From Basidiobolus meristosporus CBS 931.73 (Eukaryota; Fungi; Basidiobolomycota), in the NCBI GenBank assembly GCA_002104905.1, contig MCFE01000216.1:62001-126000 (forward strand): a stretch of DNA of 64,000 bases, given 5' to 3'. Position numbers and translations under genes: made by a program. Shown piece after piece: positions 9,957 to 22,986 of this stretch. Position 1 is the first letter of the stretch. Each line of letters begins with the position of its first letter. The notes under the pieces are model-generated. The model was not told the origin of the DNA. It searched no databases and was given only the letters and a program-made list of their open reading frames with translations.

Positions 9957-11942
9957 AATAGTTGGATAAATATTGTATTAGACTGTTTTTCCTACCTATT
10001 TTTGGCTTGAAGATGAATCAGTGACATATAAACATTGCTACTAATCATTTATATCTCATGAATCTTCATTAGTCAAATGTGTGCAAATTTGGAATTAGCA
10101 AAAATACCATCACTGAATGACCATTACGGGTTCTAATATTTAGATCTATAAAATTCTATCACGAGTATACCTGTGGTATTTCTGCTCAATCAATCTACAA
10201 ATGATAGCACTTTCGTCCAAGCGCATAAAATTACCCCCAAGCCCCTGCTACTGCTTTCTTGACCAATTCCAAAGTTAGAACCTTTCTAAATGAATATTAG
10301 CTTGCAATAGGAGCTTCAATGTTCGATTTTGGCCAACTCTGAATTTTCGATCAGTGGATAGGGTATACAAACCAGAAGGATATCAATGGGACATGTGGCA
10401 ATTAACTAGCTAAAACAGTGTATATTGAATGCGTGTAAAGCTGATTGTACTTATCGATCTGGATTTGAAGAATTACGTTCTAGAGTATAAGTAATCCGTA
10501 TCACACATCTCAAAAGTGAATTTAGAAGAAAATCTGGAGGCTTGAATGTCAGTGGAACCATGTGTAGAATGCATAATGTTCACTAGAGGATTTATTAAAT
10601 GAAAACAGTGAAACTTGTAAGTGCGCCATGGACAATTTGGGAAAGCTTATGGGCTTTGGGACGACTGAAACTTTATTGCGAATGTGTTGAAGAGAAAGAG
10701 GTATCAATTACTATGCTGCGGAAGAAATTCTTGATAATCAATCGAATTCGAAATCATGCTACACAGGCAGTTAAGCATAAGACTATCTGCAACTTGTTGC
10801 TATGCTCCAGATCCCGATGAGCAAGAATAATAAATTTCTATCTACGTATATTCAAAGAACAAGATAATATTGTGTGATAAGCCTAACCATGATTGCTATG
10901 TTTGAGCGACATATCACATATTTAAGCAAAGTCTGGTTTCTATTGTTGATCGAATACATTTCTAAGCTTGGTTTCATTTGACTACTCTTATTTGGAAATA
11001 GTTACACTTGCCAAGCAGAGCTGGTGAAAGAGCTTCCACTGAAAATGGATCTACTGAGAGTATAAGTCAGAAGGGGTAAAACAGAATTAAAAATGCCTAC
11101 GCGACAAAAAGGACCGATGGTGCCCACTTAAACGAGGGGATTGGGATATAAGGAGTGCTATTTGCGTCTCAAATCATGGGAAACTTTATTATAAACTTCT
11201 GACGTAATTGTGAGACAATGAGTTACTCGCTGATTTCCAACCAGATAGTACTTTTGCAGTGTTTATGGTAAGAGCTACTGTAATGAGTCATCCATACAGA
11301 ACACATGCAACAGAGACGTAAACAAGATCATGTGGAGTGGTGCTAGTAGTTAGGAGAGCAGTAGTTAGTCAGTGCAGCTACATGAGGGAAAATTGTTATA
11401 TACCAGGCAGATCGGCGGAGTATGGAGAGATTCCAAATCTATTCTAAATATGGGTTGACTTTTTATGTGAGCCCACAGCAAAGCCTATACCCAGATTCTA
11501 CATAACTTCGTCAAAGCCCTGGCTAGTATTTCACGGTAAATACGCAAATTTTGAAACATTTGCTTGATTGTGCCGAATAGGTGGTATGTTCGTAGATGCC
11601 AACGATGTAATCGAAAATCAATCACTATACTATATTTGTAAATAAATAGCAGTCAAGTTATATTTACCCGTGTATAATTGGATTGAAGGTAAATGATTGT
11701 GATATTCAGTATATAAGCCATGAAATATCCGATGATTGGGGCTGGTCGCATACTTTCCACACGATTAGGCACAGTTGCATACACATACCATCTTTCCAAT
11801 TTCTCTACTTCATAGCCCTTTACCACAAACAACACTTGTTTTCCTTCTTCTCCGCAGGTTGGTTGCGATTGTCTTTTCTTGTTGGCATATACCTGTACTA
11901 CCAGGCACTTGATACAAGCACCTCCTTCATGCAAATAACTAA

Positions 11943-14900
11943 ATGACTACTCTTGACGATGCTAAAAACTATTCACCCACTTTGGTTGGAATTGCTACCC
12001 AATTTGGTTTGACAACGGCCCTTTCGTGCGCCAGTTTTGTCGCTTTTGAATGCCAAAGACGTTGGAGTCTCACACAGCATCTCTACAACACCCGTTGTCG
12101 CCTAGAAAGGTATTCAGCAAATTATATCGGGTTTTCAGCATTGTTTGCCTTTCTTAGCTTTGGTTTTTCAGAAACGCGTCTCCGGAACCACCCAAAACCC
12201 CATTCGCCTGGATAGGCACGGTATTATCCTTCAAGGAGTCGTTTTTCTTAACCCATGTAGGGTTAGATTGTGTCATATACCTGCGTTTTCTGAAAATGGC
12301 ATTTCAATTGCTGCTGTTCAGCTCGTTGACAATAGCTACGATTCTAATGCCACTCAATTTCTTTGCGCAAGAAACGGTTCTGATCGACGTAGAGAAAGTC
12401 TCGATCGGAAACATTCCCAATGGATCAAGTATGCTTTGGATTCATTGGATGCTGATCTATTTCTTCTCGCTTTCGGTCTTGTACCTACTTCACAGAAACA
12501 CAAAAGACTACATCAAGCTTCGAATGAAGTACATTCAAAAACAAGCATTGAAGGGTTCGGTTCGCACAAGGACGGTCATAGTCACTCATGTTCCTGATAC
12601 GTTGAAGCACGAGGAAAGATTAAGAACGTACTTCAGTGACTTGGGTGTTGGCCCGGTTGAATCAGTCACTCTGATTCGCTTGACCACAAAAATATCACGA
12701 AAACTCAAACGGCGAGAGGTGATCCTACGGGATCTCGAACTGGCACACATCCAGCTGCTACGAAAGCTACTAGCCGATGTGAGGAAGAACGGAATCAAGG
12801 CCCTATGTCCTGATGTTGATGAAGAAAATCCACCGGAGGAAATCATCAAGGCATTGCAAATACTATCGAGCTACACACAAAAAAATCCCGGCAGTAGTGG
12901 GAATCAGCAACTACCGCTCGACGACCAGACGCCAATATGGGATGTTCTCAATAGGATTGATCGTCAGCTACTTGATAAATATCAGCCTATACATAAAACA
13001 GGCTTTCTGAGAACCGGAATCAAGGTAGTCACTATTGACTGTTTGTTGGAGAAATTTAACCGACTAGACCGTCGGATAGCCGAATTACGACAAGTCGCTG
13101 CAAACGCGCATTATTACAAGCCGATGGGAACTGCCTTCATCACCTTCAAAAGTCAGAGGGCTGCCCAGCTCTGTGCCCAGAGTATAACCAGCCCCAATCC
13201 TCATCAATGCATCACCAAGCTAGCTCCTGAGCCACGCGACATTTTATGGGAAAACCATTCGCGCAGCAACAAAAACAAGTTCATTCGTCAAGTCATCGTG
13301 AATGCTAGTATCTGGTATTCATCACTTTCCATTCTCACAAAAAAAGCGGCATGGATACTTACCTATACACCTCCTCCCCCGGAAATAGGGCTCTTACAAT
13401 CCTCTGGCTATTTCCTTCAACCTACTTTCTGAGCCTGGCTTCATACGAAAAGCTATCGGAGAAGGTGCCTTACTTGGTGAACCTGTCAAAGAGCGCGCCA
13501 TGGGTGATATCACTTATCAAGACCGTTCTACCTTCCATATTGACATCAACTTTCATGGTGGCCATGCCGAACATCTTCCTAGGTATGTTTCCCGAATCCT
13601 TAGATCCCTAGAAGCTTACTCACTGACATGATCTACAGGAATATCCTATCAGCAATGCTATGTGTCTTATTCGGAGCTAGAGATTGCTACCATCAATCGA
13701 TACTATAGATTTGTAATCTTCAATGTTCTCTTCGTTTTCCTCTTGGGTCCAGCATTTATCGACATAATCATCGGTGTCATCCAAGCACCAACACACATAA
13801 CAAGTGTATTGGCGGTGAACTTACCAAAGGTTTGTGCACTCCACCTCGGCCATCAAGATGGGTTTTGTCACTAACAGCACATGAATCCATAGGGCGCAGC
13901 TTTCTTCATCAACTACGTAATATTACAGACATCCTCACATGGGTTAGAAATATTGCAGATCGGTGTTCCACTCTTCTATACATATCTATTTGGTAATCGG
14001 TTTGTGGTGAAAACCCCTAGAGATCTTCAAAATAGTCAAAAGCCATATCCATTCCCTTATTACTACTACTTGCCGACGCACATCCTCATACTCGTTATAT
14101 GTATCACATACTCCATGATCAACCCATTGATTCTGGTGTTTGGGGTGATTTACTACGGAATCGCTATTGTGGTGTATCGGTACCAGTTTGCGTATGCTTA
14201 CATCAAGCAGTACGAGACCAATGGACAATACTGGCGATATATGTTTCGATATGTCTCCGATGGCCTGATCATCTTCCAGCTTGCAATGATCGGTTTGTTG
14301 GCACTGAAGGATGCGGTGACTGCCAGTCTTGCGTTGTTACCCCTGTTGGTTGGAACTGTATATTTCAAAATCTACCACCGCCAGACCTTCCGAGCACTAA
14401 TGAAGTACGTTCCTCTGGAATCTCTCAAGGATCATACCAGCTCTCCCGACGTTATTTCTCCACCCAATTCAAAACATGCCGAAAGCCAGTGTATGGACGA
14501 CTCTCACGAATGGACTACAAGTGAATCCAGTCAGGAGAATTTTGGCATCACCCTACCTGAGATTCAACCAACCGCTTTCAAGGAGACAAGGCTTGATAAC
14601 CATAAGAGGGCCTGCAGTTCTGAAACACCTTCGCTTGTATTAACTTCACCTACCTTCGACTCTACTGAGGACAACAATATCCCACAAGATCATCCACAAA
14701 GTAACGAAATTCCTGAGCCGACGGTAGAAGCTTTGGAAAGATCCCGACCTGTGGGCTCAAGCTATCCACATTCAGGGACAGAAGGTGGTGAACAACGGCC
14801 TGTCCCTTACCGGCATCGATTTCAAAAGATCCAAAACCAGATATTTTCCAATCCTCTTCTTACTCTCTTTTTCAACCCATTTGCAAACACGGCACATATT

Positions 14901-15461
14901 CTTCCCGACTCGGATCAAGTGGTGCCAAATCCCATCCAACCTAGCCGTGAGCTATATCAGGATGAATCCTGTACGTTTGAGGCCTATATTCATCCCGACT
15001 TTATTCGCGCATTACCAGGGAAGATGTGGCTTCCGGTCAACCCTAAAGTCAAGCGATTCGATCTGGACAACGGTGTGCTTGAACATGAGGAGTGTGTTAC
15101 TTCTTCACTTTTCCCGGTCAACGAATCTTCATTGATCTGCTATCGAGGCAGATCGGGAAAGAACGCACGCAAATCCGAAAATGTTGAGAATACGAATGCG
15201 CATATAAACGTTACTTACGACAAAGAGCATCGGCAACTTGTGTATGCCCCCGACCCCAACGCTACTGGAAGCGATTCTGGCTCAACCTATCAACGACGAG
15301 GTACCGTTCGTGGTGCCGGAGGTTCTTTCTTGAATCTACTGAGTGGAGCTTTTCGTGGCCTAGGGAGCTCTGAAGATGGAGAACCCCGGCCTCAATTATC
15401 TCCACATTTACCTAGCCAGAGCACTCGAAGATCTTCAGTATCAAGTGGGCGGAGCACTTGA
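11943..15461 (+). CDS. CSC1/OSCA/TMEM63-family mechanosensitive calcium-permeable channel (introns about 12110-12171, 13315-13388, 13583-13638, 13829-13891)
   Basis: GLDCVIYLRFLKM, RTRTVIVTHVP, GTAFITFKSQRAAQLCAQ, LAPEPRDILWEN, YETNGQYW and multiple TM helices. Confidence 0.9.
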
Positions 15462-15872
15462 ACATTCATCGAGCCTGGAATAGACATGCATTATATAATG
15501 TGGATAATAAGCTCACCCTACTGATAGGATGAGGGCCAAATGGATTATCAACGTTTCATTTAGATAGGATATCAAGAAGTACTCTGTACCAATACCCCAC
15601 TCGAAAACATTGAGAATAATAGAATCAGTTCAGCAAGGTTTTGATGAACAACCCCGTTTCCTATCCCTCCACGAGAGTATATATTCCGCGTCGCTTTCTT
15701 GTAATAAATTTGCTGCTCACTTTGCTTCAGAGCAATCACGAAAAAGAGAAATACAAATCAAACACATGAGAATTTATTTGCAGTAGTAAATCCCATGCAT
15801 GTGGTATTTGGTGAATTAGTGAACTATGGACAAACTTCAGGTGATATATCTGGGAAGGGAACAGCAAACGAT

Positions 15873-17382
15873 TCACTTTAGGAAGACCACTGTAACTGTA
15901 ATATCATCTCTAAAACGTCTTGAATAAGGGGCAGGGATAGTTAGTAATTTAGCAACTCTATTTTCATCCTTCCCGCCTAATGCGCTTCGAATCAGATGGG
16001 TGGCCACGTTGGAGTCTTTCACTGAACTATCTTCACCGATCTGTGGACCACTGCTAGAGGAGCTCTGATGATGACTCAAGTATTCTCCAACATAATTGAC
16101 TACCTCATCATTAGTTAACTCGTCCCACAGACCATCAGTGGCCAACACCAAGAATTCGTCGCCCTCTGCGATCTGATGGTGCATGATTTCTGGCTTTGCA
16201 GTTACATAAGGCGGACTAAGGTAGTTCCTTGGTGGGCCGCGCACGTTTGGAAGCAATGTGCTCTGGATCAACGCTTGGACTTTGATATCCCATTTATACC
16301 GGGAGTCGCCTAAAGATGCCTATTAAGTAAAATGCGCACGATCTGTCATTACGATTAGTACTCACCAAAAGCACGGGTAGGAGCTGCGATGAATGGAAAA
16401 TGACATTAATTCAGTGGCTTGCCAAAATTCTACTTGTGATATTAAAATTACCTAGCGATCCCAAAATGCGGTTTCTGACCAAGACGGTCTCTTCTTCGCC
16501 GGGATGTTCTTGCAACATTCGTTGTCTTTCCTTTTCGTTCTTGGCCGTCTGATCAATACTCAGTGGCACAGCTTCAAATGTGCCGCTGGCACTCCTCCTT
16601 CCTAACAAAGCTCGGCTGTCGCCAGTACACGCTACATGTATCTCCCCATTCTCGGTATCCAAACAAGCCACCAATGCGCAGGATCCAGACAAGGCTTCAG
16701 GCAAGTATCTTGCAACGGCCTTCTCAGGGTCTTGTACCATCTTCTCCAAAGCCCCCTTGACGATTTCCTCATCTAATTGGACAAACGTTTTATCTATCGC
16801 CTCGTTCACTTTTTCTTCCGTGGCTTTTGCGCGTAGTAACGGGAACAAAGAATCCTTCAGGCGGGGTAGAAGCTCTCTTGACAAACGATTGGAACACTGA
16901 GGCCCTGAGTGTCCATCGAACACACCCAAGAGAAAGTATTTCTGATCCTCCGATATGACTTCCTGGTGATGATCTTCAATTGGGTCGTTGGAGGCCAGTT
17001 GGTTGATCTCGATTTGGGAAATATGCTTCTTTCCTGGAAAGCTGAACGCCGTCTCATTGTTACGTAACCTCTTATCAACAGCAGTCTTTGACAGCAGTCC
17101 GGAAGGGGTTGAATCATTTTCCAGCTGAGAGGTTGGGGTCGGCCCATCTTTTATGACAACCACACGTTTGTTGGGTGTGGTATACTTTAGATAAGTATAG
17201 GTTCCAAAACTTCCAAATAAACTCCAGCCGAGGGCGTACTTTAACCAGTGACTTGAAGCGTTCAGGACGCCACGGGTACTACTTACGGAACGCTGCTGAA
17301 CATGGAGTGCAAAACGTGTACGCTCAGTCGAGAGTATGGGTTTTACGTGCTTTAACGTAGAAGGAAACTTTGAGCGTATCAT
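15873..17382 (-). CDS. PTC5: Mitochondrial PP2C pyruvate dehydrogenase phosphatase (two introns near 16310-16451)
   Basis: GVFDGHSG, SGSCAL, VACTGDSRALLG, PTRAFGD.RYKW, FLVLATDGLWD, RDDITVTVV; Arg/Ser-rich presequence. Confidence 0.9.
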
Positions 17383-17722
17383 TTCCAATAAGTTGGAATC
17401 TGTACGTCAACCAAAGATTATATAGGCATGAACTCCTGGATCGATCAATCCACATTCGAATTTGGCATCAGCCGTGATGTTGCTTAGTTTGGCACAACCT
17501 CTCCAATTAATCCACAATGCTCATACCTTAACCCCATCCACCGATGAAATTCGCTGGATTGTACAAATCGAGGGTAACCCCCCCCCGTTTCTGCCTAAAA
17601 TTCACTTGGGAAATCAATGAATGAAATTCAGCAAAAATTTTGAATTTGGAGAAACCTTTTTGTGTTGGCTCGACAACTGCGTACATTGAATCGCTCGAGT
17701 TCACCGGTTACCTTTTATCAAT

Positions 17723-19680
17723 ATGGCATCTACTTTTCGTTTGGTCGCACGAAACTCAGTTTCTGTTAAGCAAGCTGCTGGCTTCTTGACTCCTCGAGTC
17801 CAGATCCCCCGACTGTTGCCTGGCATGAATAATGCCACTTATGTCACAGCCACCTCGGTTCTTGCTGCTAAGAAAAGTACGTTGGAGTTATCCCCGAAAA
17901 CTCTTGTTCGCCGCGCCTTTCTAACACCCCCTCGCCTGCTTTGCTTGTAGTTGCCGCCCCTGCCAAAAAGAAGGCGTCCAGTTTCACCAAAAAGGGAAGA
18001 GGACCTGCGGTTGAGGTAAGGGCGACTCCCATTTCACTGTTTTCTGGGAGCGTTTGTCCTTAGAGTTTGGCCTATTTTAGAAAGAGGCTGTTTCCTCCTC
18101 TACCGGTAAACGTAATGAACTTTACTACAAGCCTTCCAAGGAAGTGAACCTCAAGGAATTCCCCGTAAGCGCGAAATATTCTACTTTCCACTAGACTGCC
18201 GGCTAATTAGAGATATCCACCTTGCACTAGGACAAAGCGCTTGATAGTTGTGTTGGAAAGGTGTTCGCCTTGCCCGCCAAAGTAGTTGAGAAGTTGAGCG
18301 CCATCGGTTACCCTAACTATCTCGGGGCCGAGGTAGGTTTACGTGTGTTACTAGCTTCAGGAAGCGGGTTCTAACCGAAAACTTCATTAGTTCGAGTCGG
18401 CAAATCGTCAGGCTTTGCTTTACCGCAAGGACACAAAAGAGCTGTTCACTCTGCTTGACGAGTCCGCCGAGCAACCTAGCCAGCCTATCATCCTTTGTAT
18501 GCTTAGTTTCTTTATGGTGGAGTGTTTTTGTATGACATAGGCTTACCCCACTTTTGACAGCTGGTGAAAAGGGAGTCGGTAAGAGCGCACTTTTACTCCA
18601 AGCTGTTGCACGAAGCATCAGCTCCGGTTGGATTGTTCTATATGTACCTGCCGGTTCGTTGTGATTCAGGATATTCTCCACCCCACCCGCGCCATTACTA
18701 ACGAGTCTCCCTAGCAACTGAGTGGGTTAACGGAAGCAAGCCTTTTGCCAAGGTCGAGGATGGGAAATTTACCCAGACCGCTTTCACTTCATCCATCCTC
18801 GGACAAATCAAAGACACCAACTCTAGTATCTTGGCCGAGGTAAACATCATTGATTGCGGGGGTAACGACGAGGTTGAGAACTCACCACGGACACTTCAAT
18901 CATAGATTCCTTTGAAAAAGGCGATCAACATCGAAAACCACCAAGTTGCGGAAGGGGCCAATCTAGTCGAGTTGTTGGAGGTCGGTATCAAAGACCAGCA
19001 GGTTTCTCAGCAGGTCTTGGATGCTTTCCTAAACGAAATCCAGAGCAACAAGACGTATGTGACTTCTATATGCCATTGATCCTTTAGCTTAACACTAATC
19101 GCTGCAACAACCAGCACCCCTACCCTCATCGCCGTGGATGAGATCAATGCATTCTATACCCTAGCCGACTACAATGATGTCAATGGACGTCTCTTGCCTG
19201 CCCAACACTTGATGCTTGTCAAGTCTTTCTTGAACTTCTTCTCTCAACGCAAGACCTTGGTAAGCTCGTCGGAAGTCAACCATCCTCCAGACATAGTGGA
19301 CTCAACGTGGTTTTCTTTAGGCAAACGGAGTGGTCCTCGGTGCCACCTCTAAAACGTTCTCCAGATTCCAGAGCCCAGCCTTGGAAGCCGCCCTTGCCGA
19401 AGGAAAATCCCCCATGAATACACCCTTGCGAAACGTGGAGGTCAAGACCTACACCAAGCCCGAAGCCAAGGGCTTACTACAATACTACAAGGATGCTGAC
19501 ATCATGTTCGAAGGTACTTTCCTCCACTGACCTCACCCTGTCCGCCAACCATTTCAACTAAACCAAACCAAACCCCATCCCCCCTGTGTAGATGCTACGG
19601 AAGATCAGCTAAACCTCAAGTACACCACCACCAACGGCAACGGCCAGAAACTTTATCAAGCATGCAGACGCTTGGTGTAG
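17723..19680 (+). CDS. RSM23: Mitochondrial small-subunit ribosomal protein mS29 (DAP3/RSM23), multi-exon
   Basis: Presequence MASTFRLVARNS.., P-loop GEKGVGKSALLLQAV..GWIVLYVP, LIAVDEINAFY; several GT-AG introns. Confidence 0.85.
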
Positions 19681-19900
19681 GCGCCATGCCCACTGAATAT
19701 ACATTTCAATCTTCATTCCATGCTCCATTTTTCCATCGACTTTTATGTGTTTTTTCAATACTAAGAGATCCAAGTACATTAAATGGGAAGAAATCCAATC
19801 CAATCCATTCCAAGCAAGCAAATCTAAAGATAGAATAAATAATACTTCATCGTTCTAACCATGCCCACGCCCACGCCCACACCCACTCCGCCTTGCCTTC

Positions 19901-20953
19901 TCACGAATGTCCCGATGCCCTGCGTAGGTAGCAAAGCAGCCCCATGGCACCGGTGATCAGCCACGTGGGGCGGATGGAGTGGCCAGCGGAGTTGGGCGGG
20001 AGTGCAGAAGCGCTGCACAAATTTTCGGTGTCTTCCTCCCCGGTCACCACGCTTTTGTATGCATTCAGGGTGAGTGGAGCGGTCAGGTTCAAGTTACCGG
20101 TTTTTAGAAGATCCATTAGGTCGGATACCCGGTCAGCGGAGGCAGGCCAAACATTGTTGGGAAAGCAGCAGAGCAGCTTCCGCCGATTGGTCAGGAACCT
20201 TTGCAACCACAGGGGCTCGTTTTGATCGGCCAGCGGGCCGGTCAGGTTGATGAGCGAGAGCAGACTGGTTCCGTCGTCGAACTGCCAGCCGTGCTGCACC
20301 GCAGTGTCGTAGAAGATGGCCTTGCCCAGGTTGGTTTTGATGCCCACGTCAGAGGCTATTTTCATCGAGGGAAGGAAGAACAAATAGTCGGCCATCTCGT
20401 CCTGCACCGTGCGGAAGAGTATCTGGCAGGAGTCCTTCTGCCAAATCTCCGGGAATCCCTTCAGCTTACTGATGTCCCCCCGTGGCACGCTACAGTCATT
20501 CGAGGTGGCGAGACGTTGTAGCTCCGGGATGTATTGGAACAACTCCGACTTCCCACCCCGCGACCGGTATTCCTCGATCACGGTCAAAGCGTTGCTCGTG
20601 CCGGTGGAAAAGCCGACACTGCCACAGGTGTATCCTCTCCCATCCCCAATGTTCTCACAGAAAGCGTAATTAATGATTTTGGTGGCATGCTCGAACACGT
20701 TCGTCAGGGTCAGCATGACCTTTTTTATGTCACTGGGTGGGTTGTAGGTTGCAGAAAGGTTTTGGGGGTTGGGTGGGATCTTGGGTGAGCAAAGGGCTTG
20801 GGACACTACCGGGAATCTAAACTGGCCACAATTGTTGGGAGTGATATCAAACTCGTTCTGACAGTACAAAAAGCTCACTAAGGGGTTGATGTCTTGCCCA
20901 AGACAGCAGGTGAATGACAGGAGGATGACGAACGTCTTGGATTTGCCACACAT
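19901..20953 (-). CDS. GH46 chitosanase with signal peptide and C-terminal hydrophobic anchor, intronless
   Basis: LTNVFEH (catalytic Glu), ENIGDGRGYTCGSVGFSTGT (catalytic Asp/Thr), AIFYDTAVQHG, WLQRFL..RR, as in Streptomyces/Bacillus GH46 enzymes. Confidence 0.9.
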   Translation of the reverse strand: MCGKSKTFVILLSFTCCLGQDINPLVSFLYCQNEFDITPNNCGQFRFPVVSQALCSPKIPPNPQNLSATYNPPSDIKKVMLTLTNVFEHATKIINYAFCENIGDGRGYTCGSVGFSTGTSNALTVIEEYRSRGGKSELFQYIPELQRLATSNDCSVPRGDISKLKGFPEIWQKDSCQILFRTVQDEMADYLFFLPSMKIASDVGIKTNLGKAIFYDTAVQHGWQFDDGTSLLSLINLTGPLADQNEPLWLQRFLTNRRKLLCCFPNNVWPASADRVSDLMDLLKTGNLNLTAPLTLNAYKSVVTGEEDTENLCSASALPPNSAGHSIRPTWLITGAMGLLCYLRRASGHS

Positions 20954-21486
20954 AGTGAGTGGGTTGATTCTGTCGAACGGAGGGTGTCAGTGTGTGTGTT
21001 TGGAAACGAATCTTTGCAAGGTTCCAGGGAACAGTGGGCAACTTTATACTCGGTTGGGACGCATGCAACGTGGGTATTATCCCGTTCGTAGAAATGAATA
21101 TTAAGTTTGTCGGGTGTAATGTATGGTACGCATAAGCAACCCGCCCGATGGAGGTTCCTGCGATTTTTCCTTTCTGAGGATATTCAACGAAATCCCACTC
21201 ATCACCCATCATCCCGCTTCGCTCTGATCGCGCGCCTACGTTGGATGAAATCCGCACTGTTCGGATCATGCATGCTACGTTGGTTGGAATCCGCTCCCCT
21301 CCCCTTTCAGCAGTTTGCAGTAACTGATCATGGCTTGTGTGGTATCGGAGATTTGTTTGTGAATGGGATGCATTTGTTGCACTTATATCCCATTTGGACG
21401 ATCGTTGCTTCAATTCACTTTATTCATTGATCGGAAGGTTTACCATCTATAATACATTGCATGCTACTATGCCCGCTGTTGAATGG

Positions 21487-22528
21487 CTAACGGAACATTC
21501 TCATATAAGCTGTGACCGCGCACGGGAAATCAAGTTAGAAGAGGGTCGCAACGACGGTGGGTAGTGAGTGGCTTACCAAGAATTAGCGCTCCGGTACCGG
21601 TGATTGTACCTGGAATGATGAGCATGAGCATGAGCATTTTCAATTAGGCAGATGGTGTGATAGCGAAAGGCTTACCAATCATGTACTGCAGAATTTGGAA
21701 CTTGATGGACTCCATCTGGGTTCGTAAGTTCGATATCTCCGCCTCCAGCTTGGTATCGGTCTCTTTGATCTTCACCTCCTGAACGCTGGCTTCATCCCGG
21801 ATCCTTCCCTTCTCAAGGGAAAGGTCCAAACGAACACCGGCCTGGGTTCTGGCGATTTCGTCTCTAAGCTTGTGCTTGAGTTTCTCGATTTCAGCCAGCA
21901 ACCGCTCGTTGTCTGCCTTCATCACTGCGAAGTCGTTCTTTTCCAGCATCTGTATCTCGGACTTGAGCTGAGCAAAATCCACCTTGTATGTGTGGATGTT
22001 CTAGGTGAAAAGAGGGATGCATCAACGACTGGTGCTTTGTTTAACGTATTGACGTTTGGCCCAAATTTACCTTCTCCTGTTCTGCTTTGGTGACCATGTT
22101 GTCCACTAGGTTTTGCATGCTGTGCATAGATGTTAGTTTCCCCCTTGGCCACGGTATTCTTAAATGACAATAAACCTTTCGGAAATAACATCTGCTAAGG
22201 AGATCAGGATCGCCTCTGATTGCTGTCTAGTAAATCCCTCAGCCTCGAGTCTAGTGACGAATTTGTTGGTATCAAAATGATATTGAGTATAAAGTCGAGG
22301 GTGGGTTGGGTCCAGCAGGCTTTGAATTGGCGAAGGGGCAAGGATTCTTGGGGACACTGCGAAACAGAAAGATGTTCAGAAAGTGTGGAAGGAACTTTCG
22401 GCACCCCTCACCCACCAACTCTTACCAAGGGTACGGCATATGGGTGGCATGGCTCTGGTCGCTTCCCTCGGGAGGATTCCTCCCCTGAGAAGGATTCTTG
22501 CGGTTGGACGCACTACGGAGGTCAGCAT
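21487..22528 (-). CDS. FMP32: MCUR1/CCDC90/FMP32 (DUF1640) mitochondrial coiled-coil protein, multi-exon
   Basis: HFDTNKFVTRLEAEGFTRQQSEA, RLDLSLEKGRIRD, KFQILQYMIG|TITGTGALILG|YMRMFR*; presequence MLTSVVRPTARILLR. Confidence 0.85.
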
Positions 22529-22986
22529 ATTTGGAGGAATGGCTATGACAAGGTAAACACCCGCTGCTTCGGCAGCGGGAACACCACTACTATAAGGAGG
22601 GTGGCTTTAGGTGAGAAAATTTAGGATCCACTTGATTGCGGAATTTTGTTGGTTAAAATGTTATGGAATACAGCCCACGGCCTAACCGCCTGAATAAGGA
22701 TCCTATCACACTGGGGAAAATGCGGTTGATACGCCATACCATCATGCCACCACACAGCCCACCCCAACCCCACCCGACGCAAAAGATACAGGAGTGAATA
22801 CTGTTATAATGAATGGTTCATTTTAAGGTGCTCTTTCAATTGGTTGAAACCCGTACACATGAATAAACTCATCAATTTTTATAGGGGAAAAGTATGAGTG
22901 AAAGAAGTATTGCAATGTTTAACTTGTGGGGTGAAGGGTAATAAGAGGACATGCTGTTATGAGGGAAGGTACAAGCTTCGCTCGAT

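Noticed and set aside
9000-11900. Short ORFs and possible exon fragments in the ORF-poor interval
   Set aside because: No motif or consistent splice chain could be built; may be decayed repeats, but this is unsupported.
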